A stretch of DNA of 33,034 bases from Gammaproteobacteria bacterium. GTDB lineage: Bacteria > Pseudomonadota > Gammaproteobacteria > JAHELT01. Location: contig JBFJWO010000003.1 of the NCBI GenBank assembly GCA_041623575.1, forward strand, positions 1 through 33,034, read 5' to 3'. A program made the position numbers and the translations under genes. The notes under the pieces were generated by a model. That model did not search any database, was not told the origin of the DNA, and was given only the letters and a program-made list of their open reading frames with translations. Below are positions 19,232 through 28,112 of the stretch, piece by piece (the stretch's first letter is position 1; every line of letters begins with the position of its first letter).

Positions 19232-19987
19232 ATGACCAATCGTGCCGTGCGCCACGCACTGCTGGCAACGACGACGCTGGGCGCACTCGCCGCCGTCTAC
19301 TTCGTGCTGGGCTGGTCCCCCGAGCCCTGGGGGCGCAGCGGGATGCTCAAGGCCGAGGACGACGTCTGGCGCCTCAGCGTCAGCTTCGCCTACACCGCGG
19401 CGTTGCTGATCGGCGTCGCCCTGGCAATCGGACCCGTGCGGGTGTTGCGAGGCCTCCCCACTCCGGTCAGCTTCGGGTGGCGCCGCGACGTCGGCATCTG
19501 GGCCGGCGTTTGCGGGCTGGCCCATGCCGCGGTCGCGCTGTTGCCCCACGCGCGCATGCCGAAGGTTTCGCTCGGGCAGTTGTGGGCAGCGTTGTGGGAC
19601 ACGCCGGAGGTGGCGTTCACGCTGGAATTCTGGCCACTGTTCCTCGCTCACCCGCCGAGCCTCGCGCACGGCTGGCACGCCCTGCATCCGGTGCTCGACG
19701 CCTTTCACCTCGCGATCTACCTGGGCCTGCTGCAGGTTGCCATCCTGGGCGCCTTGCTGGCGACGTCGAACGACCGTTCCCTGCGCTGGCTGGGCGCCTC
19801 GCGCTGGAAGAACCTGCATCGCCTGGTCTACGTCCTGTGGCTGTCGATCGCGGTGCACGCAAGCCTGTTCGAGATGCTGGAATCGCGGCTCGCCGTCAAC
19901 CGGGCGCTGTTTGCGACCCTGCTGGCCGCGGTCTTCGCGCTGCAACTGGCCGGCGTCCTGGCAAGGCGGCGCCGGCGCGCCGCCTGA
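19232..19987 (+). CDS. Ferric-reductase-like transmembrane heme b protein (MsrQ/YedZ-like)
   Basis: WRRDVGIWAG...LAH and LLATSND.SLRWLG.SRWKNLHRLVY......VH, with three conserved His in TM helices. ATG 19232. Confidence 0.8.
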   Translation: MTNRAVRHALLATTTLGALAAVYFVLGWSPEPWGRSGMLKAEDDVWRLSVSFAYTAALLIGVALAIGPVRVLRGLPTPVSFGWRRDVGIWAGVCGLAHAAVALLPHARMPKVSLGQLWAALWDTPEVAFTLEFWPLFLAHPPSLAHGWHALHPVLDAFHLAIYLGLLQVAILGALLATSNDRSLRWLGASRWKNLHRLVYVLWLSIAVHASLFEMLESRLAVNRALFATLLAAVFALQLAGVLARRRRRAA

Positions 19988-20102
19988 ACGCTCATTGCGG
20001 TCGGGAGAAATGCGGGCGGGGCACGGCGTCGATACCCGTGCACCCCGGGCCGCGGATGCCGGCTACGGGCCGGCAATTGACTTCTCGAGGCCCGGCCGGG
20101 CC

Positions 20103-20852
20103 TCAGGTCGCGTAGTCGGGTTGCTCGCGATCGAGCCAGCGTCGCAGCGCCGTCCATTCGAGTGCACCGCCGAGGCCGCGCTCTGCGGCCCGGGCGGTGC
20201 GCTCCAGCGCCGCCTCCGCGGGCAGCACGGGTTCCTGGCCCGAGCCGAGCACGTCGACCTGGACCTTGCAGGCGGTCTCGAGGTTGTAGAGTTCGACGAA
20301 TGCCTCCCCCGGCCCGGGGCCGCAGGCGAGCAACCCGTGGTTGTGCATGATCATGGCGTTGCTGTCGCCGAGGTCGCGGGCCAGCGCCTCGCACTCCTGG
20401 TCCGAGGTCTGCACGTCCCAGGCGTGGTAGGCCACGCGCCGGCACACGAACATGGCCTGCTGGGTGAGAGGCAACAGGCCGCACTTCATGCACGACACCG
20501 CCATCCCGGCACGGGTGTGGGTGTGGAGCACGAAGCTCACGTCGGGACGCGCGCCCAGCACGGCGCTGTGGATGGCGTGGCCCGCCTCGTTGTAAGGCCG
20601 CTCGCCGCGCACCACGTTGCCGCCGAAATCGACGACCAGCAGCGAGGAGGCGGTGATCTCCTCGAACAGGCTGCCGAAGGGGTTGATCAGGTAGCGGCCG
20701 GGCTCGTCGGGATGGCGCGCCGAGATGTGCGTGTAGATCAGGTCCGTCCAGCCGTAGCGAACGAACACGCGATAGAGCGCGGCGAGGTCGCAGCGCACCT
20801 GCCATTCGCGCTCGCCGGTAACGTCGGGGCGCAGTGTCGTGGGAGTGGTCAT
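20103..20852 (-). CDS. Class II aldolase/adducin family protein
   Basis: RCDLAALYR...WTDLIYTHISAR, LINPFGSLFEEITASSL, IHSAV, and metal-binding HTH and NHG. ATG 20852. Confidence 0.92.
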   Translation of the reverse strand: MTTPTTLRPDVTGEREWQVRCDLAALYRVFVRYGWTDLIYTHISARHPDEPGRYLINPFGSLFEEITASSLLVVDFGGNVVRGERPYNEAGHAIHSAVLGARPDVSFVLHTHTRAGMAVSCMKCGLLPLTQQAMFVCRRVAYHAWDVQTSDQECEALARDLGDSNAMIMHNHGLLACGPGPGEAFVELYNLETACKVQVDVLGSGQEPVLPAEAALERTARAAERGLGGALEWTALRRWLDREQPDYAT

Positions 20853-20977
20853 GGTCGGGCCTGCGGCGGGCAATGGGCACGCGCCGCAGCATAACAGGGC
20901 CGCGCCAGCGCGGCACGGCCCGGTGGCCGCGGCCACCCGCCCGCCGGCGCAGCACCCGCGGCCACCTCGCCGCACGC

Positions 20978-21670
20978 TCATCGCATCGCGCGTTCCCGGG
21001 CACGCTCCAGGTGCACGCCGAGCGCCTCTATCGCGCGCGGCACGTCACCGGCGCGCAGCGCGTCCAGGATGCGCAGGTGTTCGTGCATCGCCGGCAGCAG
21101 CAGGTCGGGTGTCAGGCGCACGCGTTCCTGGCGGATCAGGCGGATCTTGATGCTGTTGACGCGATACACGTTGGTCACGATCTCGTTGTCCAGCGAGTCG
21201 ATGAGCGTGTCGTGCAGGTTCCAGTCGACGGCCTGGGCGTCGTCGAGCAGCGTGTCGCCGACCTCGCCGGCCTGCGCCGCGTCGATGATGCGCCGGTGGG
21301 CCGCGATCAGCGCCTCGACGGCAGTGGCCGGCGCCGTGGCCGCGAAATGCACGAGCGCCTCTTTCTCCAGGATCGCCCTCAGCTGGAAGGCGTTGCGCAC
21401 CAGCTTGAGGTCGATGTGCGCCACCTGCATGCCGCGCTGTGGCACCGTGGTGATCAGGCCGTCGGCTTCCAGTCGCGGGACCAGTTCCCGGATCGCCCCG
21501 AGCGGCAGGCCCGTCAACTCCACCAGCTCGCGCTGCGACACGAACTGGCCCGGCCGGATGGAACGTGCCAGCAGGTGCCGGGTGAAGCTCTCGTAAGCCT
21601 GCTCGCGCAGCTTGCGCCCGCCGGGCGGACGACGCCGTGGAACGCTCACGCCGGTGGCGCGCCGGGTCAC
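20978..21670 (-). CDS. GntR-family (FadR/FCD) transcriptional regulator
   Basis: wHTH LREQAYESF...PGQFVSQRELVE...IRELVPRLEADGLITTVPQRG, followed by an FCD with DWNLH and EHLRILDAL...HLE. GTG 21670 overlaps the upstream stop. Confidence 0.9.
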   Translation of the reverse strand: MTRRATGVSVPRRRPPGGRKLREQAYESFTRHLLARSIRPGQFVSQRELVELTGLPLGAIRELVPRLEADGLITTVPQRGMQVAHIDLKLVRNAFQLRAILEKEALVHFAATAPATAVEALIAAHRRIIDAAQAGEVGDTLLDDAQAVDWNLHDTLIDSLDNEIVTNVYRVNSIKIRLIRQERVRLTPDLLLPAMHEHLRILDALRAGDVPRAIEALGVHLERARERAMR

Positions 21671-22563
21671 GAGCCGGCTTCCCCGAGTCGCGCCGTCGAG
21701 CGCAGCGTCGCCAGCGCCTGCGCATCCAGGGCCAGCAACGGCAACCGGGTGTGGAGCCAGCCGGGATCGTCGTGCACCGCCGCCACCAGCGCCTTGATGG
21801 CGGGCACCAGCGGGTGAGCCGCAACCGCGGCGAGCAGTGCGTGGATGGCGGGCAACGCGCCCTGGTCGGCGGCGAGCAGCCGCCCGACCAGCGCCGGCAC
21901 GACATTGGCAAGCCCGCTGATGGTGCCCGTCGCACCGTTGGCAACGGCGCGCGGGAGGTGCGGCTCGCTGCCGACGTAGGTCTCGAGGTCGGGAAAACGT
22001 CGCAACAGCGCCGCGGTGTAGTCCCAGTCGCCGCCGCTGTCCTTCACGCCCGCCAGGATGTCCGGGTACGCGCCCGCGAGGCGGTCGATCAGGTCCGGGT
22101 CGAGCGCCACGCCGCTCACCGCCGGAATGTGGTAGACGAGGAGGCGCGTGTCGCCGGCGGCCGCGAGCATCTCGAGCACGTTCGCGAACACCTTTTCCAG
22201 GCCCGCCGCCGTCGCCTGCCGGTAGAAGTACGGCGGCAGCATCAGGCAGGCGGCGCAGCCGTGCGCCGCGGCGTGGCGGCTCAGGGAGAGCGCGTCGCTC
22301 GGCGCCGGGCAACCGGTCCCGACGATGAGTCGCCGCGGGTCGGCGCCGAGCGCCACCACCGCGTCGAGCGCCGCTTGCCGCTCCGCCACCGGGAACGAAG
22401 TCCCCTCGCCGGTGGTGCCGAACAGCGCGAAGCGGCGCACGCCCCGGGCATCCAGCCATTGCATGTGCGCGTACAGGCGCGCGGGATCTATTTCGCCGTG
22501 CCGATCGACGGGCGTGGCCACCGCGCAGTCGAGGGCGGCGGCGCGCTGGGCGAATTCTGTCAT
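21667..22563 (-). CDS. Dihydrodipicolinate synthase (DapA/NAL)-family class I aldolase/dehydratase
   Basis: ATP, FGTTGEG, LPPYFYR, catalytic Tyr in VYHIPAVSG, and Schiff-base Lys in GVKDSGG. ATG 22563. Confidence 0.92.
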   Translation of the reverse strand: MTEFAQRAAALDCAVATPVDRHGEIDPARLYAHMQWLDARGVRRFALFGTTGEGTSFPVAERQAALDAVVALGADPRRLIVGTGCPAPSDALSLSRHAAAHGCAACLMLPPYFYRQATAAGLEKVFANVLEMLAAAGDTRLLVYHIPAVSGVALDPDLIDRLAGAYPDILAGVKDSGGDWDYTAALLRRFPDLETYVGSEPHLPRAVANGATGTISGLANVVPALVGRLLAADQGALPAIHALLAAVAAHPLVPAIKALVAAVHDDPGWLHTRLPLLALDAQALATLRSTARLGEAGS

Positions 22564-22631
22564 CGGGGCGGTCTCAGCGGGTGCGAAGGGCGAACCGCTC
22601 CCGGCCGGCATCCGGCCCGGCCGGGGAGCCG

Positions 22632-22658
22632 TAACATGTTAGTTATCGGCCAATAACT
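22632..22658. promoter_or_regulatory. Two abutting inverted repeats, putative GntR operator
   Basis: Perfect palindrome TAACATGTTA (22632-22641) and AGTTAT-N6-ATAACT (22641-22658), in the only AT-rich patch of the divergent intergenic region and touching the -35 box. Confidence 0.6.
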
Positions 22659-22687
22659 TGTCAAAATCCGCGAGCGCGTTTTACACT
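22658..22687 (+). promoter_or_regulatory. Sigma70-type promoter of the TRAP operon
   Basis: TTGTCA (22658-22663), 18-nt spacer, TACACT (22682-22687). GGAGG RBS precedes ATG 22738. Confidence 0.65.
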
Positions 22688-22737
22688 GCCCGCGCGGCGC
22701 CGTCACGAGTTGCCGCAACGCCAACGGAGGACAAACC

Positions 22738-23739
22738 ATGACCACCCTGATTCGCGGCCGCCTCGCGGGTGCCGCGCTGATCGCGACGTTGTTCGTTTTC
22801 GCCGCCGCGCCGGCCGCCGCCGAGGCCGTCAAGCTGCGCATCTCCACGCCGGCGGTGGACAAGGACTGGCATGCGCAGATGCTCTACGTGTTCAAGGACT
22901 GGCTGGAGCGCTCGGCGCCCGGCGAGTTCGACGTCGAGGTCCACCTCAACGCGACCCTGTTCAAGCAGGGCACCGAGCCCGCCGCGATGCAGCGCGGCAA
23001 CCTCGACATGGCGCTGATCTCCGCCCAGGACATCGCCAAGCAGGTTCCCGACTGGTCGATATTCACCGCCGGCTACCTGATCCGCGACCCGGCCCATCAG
23101 CAGGCCGTGTTCAACGGCGACATCGGCCGCGAGATGTACGCGCGGGTCCGCGAGGAGATGGGCATCGAGATCCTGACCGTCGCCTATCTCGGCACGCGCC
23201 AGCTCAACCTGCGCACCGACAAGCGGATCTCCACGCCCGCCGATCTGCAGGGTGCGAAGCTGCGCATGCCGGGCTCCAAGTCCTGGCAGTTCCTCGGCAA
23301 GGCGCTCGGCGCCAATCCGACCCCGATGGCGTTCACCGAGGTCTACACCGCGTTGCAGACCGGCACCGTCGACGGGCAGGACAACCCGCTGCCGACCGAC
23401 AAGGCGGCCAAGTTCTACGAGGTGACCAAGCAGATCGTGCTCACCTCGCACCTCGTCGACGGCGTGTTCCTGTCGATCTCGGGCAAGACCTGGGCGAAGC
23501 TCGACGCCGAGCAACAGGCCCTGGTGCGCAACGCCGCTCACGCCGCGGCCCGGTTCAACAACGAGAACCGCGTGCGCGACGAGGCCAACCTGGTCGCGTT
23601 CTTCCGTGACCAGGGCCTGCAGGTCTACGAGCCCGACGTCGCGGCGTTTCGCGAGCGCGTGCAGAAGATGTACCTCGAGAGCGAGTTCTCCAAGGACTGG
23701 CCGCCCGGCCTGCTGCAACGGATCAACGCGGTGCAGTAG
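22738..23739 (+). CDS. dctP: TRAP transporter substrate-binding protein
   Basis: Signal peptide (AEA cleavage site), DLQGAKLRMP with the conserved carboxylate-binding Arg, PTPMAFTEVYTALQTGTVDGQDNP and KFYEV. Confidence 0.95.
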   Translation: MTTLIRGRLAGAALIATLFVFAAAPAAAEAVKLRISTPAVDKDWHAQMLYVFKDWLERSAPGEFDVEVHLNATLFKQGTEPAAMQRGNLDMALISAQDIAKQVPDWSIFTAGYLIRDPAHQQAVFNGDIGREMYARVREEMGIEILTVAYLGTRQLNLRTDKRISTPADLQGAKLRMPGSKSWQFLGKALGANPTPMAFTEVYTALQTGTVDGQDNPLPTDKAAKFYEVTKQIVLTSHLVDGVFLSISGKTWAKLDAEQQALVRNAAHAAARFNNENRVRDEANLVAFFRDQGLQVYEPDVAAFRERVQKMYLESEFSKDWPPGLLQRINAVQ

Positions 23740-23757
23740 TCCGGCGGCGCTGCGCGC

Positions 23758-24237
23758 GTGCGCAAGCTCGCCGCGACCCTGCAGCGCGGTGCCGAACTGG
23801 CGGCGGCTGCGATGTTCGCCGCCATGTTCGGCGCTTTCGTGCTGCAGGTGTTCATGCGCTACGTGGTCAACCGTCCGCTCGAGTGGACGCTGGAGGCCTG
23901 CCTCATCGCCTACCTGTGGATCGTGTTCTGGGGGGCGGCGTTCCTGGTGCGCGAGCGCGATCACGTCGCCTTCAACCTCGTCTATGCCGGGGTCGCACCG
24001 CCGCTGCGCCGCGTGCTCGCCATCGTCGGCAGCGCACTGATCGGCGCCGCCTTCGTGGCGGCCTTCCCGGCCACCTGGGATTTCGTGCGTTTCATGCGCA
24101 TCGACTCGACCTGGGTGCTGGAACTGCGCTTCGACCTGGTGTTCTCGGTGTTCCTGGTGTTCATGCTGGCGGTGATCGTGCGTGCCGTCGTGCGGGTGTT
24201 CGCGTTGCTGGGCCCGCGATGGCGCGCGCACCTCTGA
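23758..24237 (+). CDS. dctQ: TRAP transporter small permease
   Basis: Four TM helices with QVFMRYV...W..E...W..F.GA...HV; lies between dctP and dctM. Confidence 0.92.
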   Translation: MRKLAATLQRGAELAAAAMFAAMFGAFVLQVFMRYVVNRPLEWTLEACLIAYLWIVFWGAAFLVRERDHVAFNLVYAGVAPPLRRVLAIVGSALIGAAFVAAFPATWDFVRFMRIDSTWVLELRFDLVFSVFLVFMLAVIVRAVVRVFALLGPRWRAHL

Positions 24238-24265
24238 GGCGCGCCCGGCGCCGGGGTGCGGCGCG

Positions 24266-25561
24266 GTGAGCCCCGCGCTGCTGCTGATGATCGGGTTGTT
24301 CCTGGCGGCCGGCGCCATCGGCATGCCCGTGGCGTTCGCCATGATCGCGGCCGGCATCGCCTACCTGTTCGCGAGCGGCCAGGACGTCGGCCTCGCCGGC
24401 GAGCAGATCCTGAACGGGCTGTTCAACAGCTTCGTGCTGCTGGCGGTGCCGTTGTTCATTTTCGCCGCCAACGTGATGAACGCCGGCACCGTCAGCGACC
24501 GGCTGCTGGGGTTCTGCCTGGCGATGGTCGGGCGCCTGCGCGGCGGCCTTGCGCACGTGAACATCGTCGCCAGCCTGATCTTCTCGGGCATGAGCGGCAG
24601 CGCGATCGCCGACGCCGCCGGCATCGGGCGCATCCTCATCTCCATGATGACGCGCGACGGGCGCTATGCGCCCGGCTTCGCCGCCGCCATCACCGCCGCC
24701 TCGGCCACCATCGGCCCGATCATCCCGCCGTCCATCCCGATGGTGCTCTACGCGCTGGTGTCGGGAACGTCGGTCGGTTACCTGTTTCTCGGCGGCATCG
24801 TGCCCGGGTTGATCATGGCCGCGTTCCTGATGGCGGCGGTGTGGGTCATCGCCCGGCGCCGGGGGTTCGTCGTCGACGAGAAAGTGCCGCTCGCGCAGCT
24901 GCCGCGAATCACGCTGCGCGCGCTGCCGCCGTTGATGCTGCCCGTGATCCTGCTCGGCGGCATCTACGGCGGCGCCACCACCCCCACCGAAGCCGCGTCG
25001 GTGGCCGCGGCCTACGCGCTGCTGCTGACGCTGGTGGTCTACCGCAGCCTGCGCCTGCGCCACCTGCTCGACCTGCTGGTCGATTCGGCCCGTTCCACGG
25101 CGATCGTCGCCCTGATCATCGGCGGTGCGTTCGTGTTCAACTACGTGATCGCCGCCGAGCGCATCCCGGACCTCATCGCGGGCTGGCTGGCCGGCACCGA
25201 CGTCGACCCGCTGGTGTTCCTGCTGCTGGTCAACCTGCTGTTCCTGCTGTTCGGCTGCCTGCTGGACGCGACCACCATGCTGCTGGTCCTGGTCCCGCTG
25301 CTGCTGCCGACCTGCGAGGCGCTGGGGATAGACCTGGTGCACTTCGGGGTGATCATCGTGGTCAACATCATGATCGGGCTCATCACCCCGCCCTACGGTG
25401 TGCTGCTGTTCGTGATCAACGGCCTGACCGGAATCGAGCTGCGGGACATGATCCGCGAGGTGCTGCCCTTCCTCGGCATCCTGATCCTCGCGCTGCTGAC
25501 GATGGTGTTGTTTCCCGACACCGTGCTGTGGCTGCCGCGCCGGTTCGGCTACACGGGTTGA
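24266..25561 (+). CDS. dctM: TRAP transporter large permease
   Basis: LLAVPLFI, GGLAHVNI..S.IFSGMSGSAIAD, GPIIPPSIP, TPTEAA and IGLITPPYG. GTG 24266. Confidence 0.95.
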   Translation: MSPALLLMIGLFLAAGAIGMPVAFAMIAAGIAYLFASGQDVGLAGEQILNGLFNSFVLLAVPLFIFAANVMNAGTVSDRLLGFCLAMVGRLRGGLAHVNIVASLIFSGMSGSAIADAAGIGRILISMMTRDGRYAPGFAAAITAASATIGPIIPPSIPMVLYALVSGTSVGYLFLGGIVPGLIMAAFLMAAVWVIARRRGFVVDEKVPLAQLPRITLRALPPLMLPVILLGGIYGGATTPTEAASVAAAYALLLTLVVYRSLRLRHLLDLLVDSARSTAIVALIIGGAFVFNYVIAAERIPDLIAGWLAGTDVDPLVFLLLVNLLFLLFGCLLDATTMLLVLVPLLLPTCEALGIDLVHFGVIIVVNIMIGLITPPYGVLLFVINGLTGIELRDMIREVLPFLGILILALLTMVLFPDTVLWLPRRFGYTG

Positions 25562-25564
25562 CGC

Positions 25565-26629
25565 GTGGACACGACGCCTGCACTGCGGCCGCTGCTCGAC
25601 TCCTCCGCTGCGCTGCGCGAGCCCGAAACGCTGCGCGCGCGCATGGCCCGCGACGGCTACCTGCTGCTGCGCGGCCTGGTGCCGCGCAGCGACGTGTCCC
25701 GCGTGTTCGCGGCCATCGCGGCGATCGCCCGCGACGCCGGCTGGCTGCGCGCCGACGCCCCGCCGCAGGCGGCGCTCGCCGAGCCCCGCGGGTTCTGCGT
25801 CGACCCCGAGCCGGCCTACCTGGCGGTCATCGACGAGGTCAACCGCCTGTACGCGTTCAACGCGCTCAGTCACCATCCCGCGCTGCTGGCGCTGCTGCGG
25901 GACCTGCTCGACGCGCCGGTGCTGGTGCACCCCAAGCCGCTGATCCGGGTGATCTTTCCCGACCACGACGACTACACCACGCCGGCGCACCAGGACTTCC
26001 CCAACATCCAGGGAACCACCGAGGTCTACACCGCCTGGCTGGCGCTGGCCGATTACCCGGCCGGGGCCGGGGGTCTTGCGATCGCGCGTGGCTCGCACAC
26101 CGCCGGCGTCTACGACTTCGAGATCGCCAACGGCGCGGGCGCCATGCGCGTGTGCGACCCGCTCGACGGGCGCTGGATGGGAGGCGGCAGGTTCGCCGCC
26201 GGCGACGTCCTGCTGTTCCACAGCCTCACCGTGCACCGCGGCCTGCCCAACCGCAGCGCTCACCTGCGCCTCTCGGTCGACGCCCGCTACCAGCGCGTGG
26301 CGGACCCCGTGAACCCGGAAAACCTGGCCGGGCCGAACGGGGCACCGGCCACCTGGGAAGCGGTCTACGAACGCTGGACGCCGGCCGAGCGAGCCCACCT
26401 CGCCTGGTACTGGCGTCGCTTCGCATTGCGCGAACGCCCGCCCGAGCGGACCTGGGTGGAACGACGTGACGCGCTGGGCTTTGCGCTGGGCGAACAACGC
26501 GACCCGCGGGCCCGCTCGGTGCTGCTGCGCATCCTGATGCGCGATCCGGACCCGCGCAAACGCGCCCGCGCGCAACGACTGCTGCAAGGGTTGGCGAACG
26601 CCAGCGCCTCCCCGGGCACGACGCTATAA
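25565..26629 (+). CDS. Phytanoyl-CoA dioxygenase (PhyH)-family Fe(II)/2-oxoglutarate oxygenase with a C-terminal helical extension
   Basis: RDGYLLLRGL, facial triad TPAHQD ... GDVLLFHSLTVH, and 2OG-binding R.S.D.R (LRLSVDARYQ). Starts 3 nt after the dctM stop. Confidence 0.9.
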   Translation: MDTTPALRPLLDSSAALREPETLRARMARDGYLLLRGLVPRSDVSRVFAAIAAIARDAGWLRADAPPQAALAEPRGFCVDPEPAYLAVIDEVNRLYAFNALSHHPALLALLRDLLDAPVLVHPKPLIRVIFPDHDDYTTPAHQDFPNIQGTTEVYTAWLALADYPAGAGGLAIARGSHTAGVYDFEIANGAGAMRVCDPLDGRWMGGGRFAAGDVLLFHSLTVHRGLPNRSAHLRLSVDARYQRVADPVNPENLAGPNGAPATWEAVYERWTPAERAHLAWYWRRFALRERPPERTWVERRDALGFALGEQRDPRARSVLLRILMRDPDPRKRARAQRLLQGLANASASPGTTL

Positions 26630-26630
26630 T
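26625..26630 (+). promoter_or_regulatory. Consensus -10 box TATAAT, putative leaderless promoter of idi-eboA-eboB
   Basis: Perfect TATAAT overlapping the PhyH stop codon, 7 nt before ATG 26638. No Shine-Dalgarno sequence. Confidence 0.55.
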
Positions 26631-26637
26631 CGCCACA

Positions 26638-27225
26638 ATGGCGAACGCACACACCCCGGCGACGGGCTATCCGCCGGTCTCCTCCCCGAACGACGAACTC
26701 ATCCTGGTCGATGCCGCGGACAACCCGATCGGGCACCTGCGCAAGCACGACTGTCACCAGGGTGACGGGGTGCTGCACCGGGCCTTCTCGCTGTTCGTCT
26801 TCAACCCGGCCGGCGAGCTGCTGCTGCAGCAGCGCAGCACGGAGAAGCCGCTGTGGCCGCTGTACTGGGCTAACACCTGCTGCAGCCACCCGCGCCGCGG
26901 CGAGACCATGAGCCAGGCGACCGGGCGGCGCCTGCACGAGGAGCTCGGGGTCGCCTGCGACTTGCAGTACCTGTTCAAGTTCACCTACCAGGCGCGCTAC
27001 GAGGACCTCGGCAGCGAGCACGAAACGTGCTGGGTCTACGCCGGGGTCGGCGAGGTCGAGGTCCAGGCCAACCCGCACGAGGTCGCCGACTGGGCCTACC
27101 TCGCGCCGGCCCGGGTCGATGCGGAACTCGCCACGAACCCCGCGCGCTACACGCCCTGGCTCAAGCTGGAATGGCCGCGCGTGCGCGCCTGGGCGCAGCG
27201 CCACCTGCCGGAGTCGCCGCCGTGA
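26638..27225 (+). CDS. idi: Isopentenyl-diphosphate delta-isomerase, type 1
   Basis: LILVD, H..G.LHRAFSLFVFN, LLQQRS..K, WANTCCSHP, SEHE, NPHEV and YTPW. Confidence 0.95.
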   Translation: MANAHTPATGYPPVSSPNDELILVDAADNPIGHLRKHDCHQGDGVLHRAFSLFVFNPAGELLLQQRSTEKPLWPLYWANTCCSHPRRGETMSQATGRRLHEELGVACDLQYLFKFTYQARYEDLGSEHETCWVYAGVGEVEVQANPHEVADWAYLAPARVDAELATNPARYTPWLKLEWPRVRAWAQRHLPESPP

Positions 27226-28112
27226 GCGAAGCAGTCCCCGGCCTGCTGCGCGAGTGGCTGCAGCGCCAACTGCCCGCGCCGGCGCGCGACTGGCTGGCGG
27301 AGCGCCTGCAGATGCAGGCGACCCAGCCCTCCGAGCGCGCGTTGCACATCACGCTCGGCATGATCCCGCGCCGCCTCGGCAAGGCGGACCTCGAGCTGTC
27401 ACCGTCCGATCTCGCCGCGGCGGACGCGGCGCGCGCGGGCTGGGACCCGGCCGCGTGGAGCGTCGACGTCGCCGCCAGGGTGCTGGTGCTGCTCCTCGAC
27501 GGCGGCGCCAACCGCGGCTTCGCGGCCCGCTTCGAAGACTTGTGTCGCACGGCCGACCTCGGCGAGTCCATCGCGCTCTACAGCGGCCTGCCGCTGTACC
27601 CCGAGCCGCGGGCGCTGGCCTTTCAGGTCGGCGAGGGTCTGCGCACCAACGTGCGGGCGGCGTTCGAGGCCATCGCCCACCGCAACCCCTACCCGTGCGA
27701 GCAGTTCGACGAGCACCGCTGGAACCACATGGTGTTGAAGGCCCTGTTCATCGGCAGCGCGCTGGCGCCGATCCAGGGGCTCGATCGGCGCGCCAACCCG
27801 GAGCTGGCCCGCATCCTGTGCGACTACGCGCACGAACGCTGGGCCGCCTCGCGCCCGGTGAGCGCAGAGCTGTGGCGCTGCGTCGGCCCGTTCGCGGGCG
27901 CCGAGGCACTGGCCGATCTGGAGCGCGTGCTGGCGAGCGAGGACCCGCGCGAGCGACGCGCCGCCATCCTGGCCCTGGCCGCCGCGCCGGGCAGCGACGC
28001 GCGGGCCTTGCTGGACCGCGCCGACGCCGACAGTCGCGCAGCCCTCGCGAGTGGCCGCCTCTCCTGGGCTACACTCACCCCTCACCAGCCAGCCGACGGT
28101 AACCCATCATGA
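27222..28112 (+). CDS. eboA: EboA family protein
   Basis: GTG 27222 overlaps the idi stop. PRRLGKADL, WSVD.AAR, ALYSGLPL, EGLRTN...FEAIAHRNPYP...WNHMVLKALF, R.N.ELARIL.DYAHERWAA.R.V..ELWRCV. Immediately upstream of the TatD-like eboB. Confidence 0.88.
   Translation: MSEAVPGLLREWLQRQLPAPARDWLAERLQMQATQPSERALHITLGMIPRRLGKADLELSPSDLAAADAARAGWDPAAWSVDVAARVLVLLLDGGANRGFAARFEDLCRTADLGESIALYSGLPLYPEPRALAFQVGEGLRTNVRAAFEAIAHRNPYPCEQFDEHRWNHMVLKALFIGSALAPIQGLDRRANPELARILCDYAHERWAASRPVSAELWRCVGPFAGAEALADLERVLASEDPRERRAAILALAAAPGSDARALLDRADADSRAALASGRLSWATLTPHQPADGNPS

Noticed and set aside
21667-22563. Lysine-biosynthetic dapA
   Set aside because: It has family motifs only, and its context (GntR, TRAP) is catabolic; the symbol was withheld.
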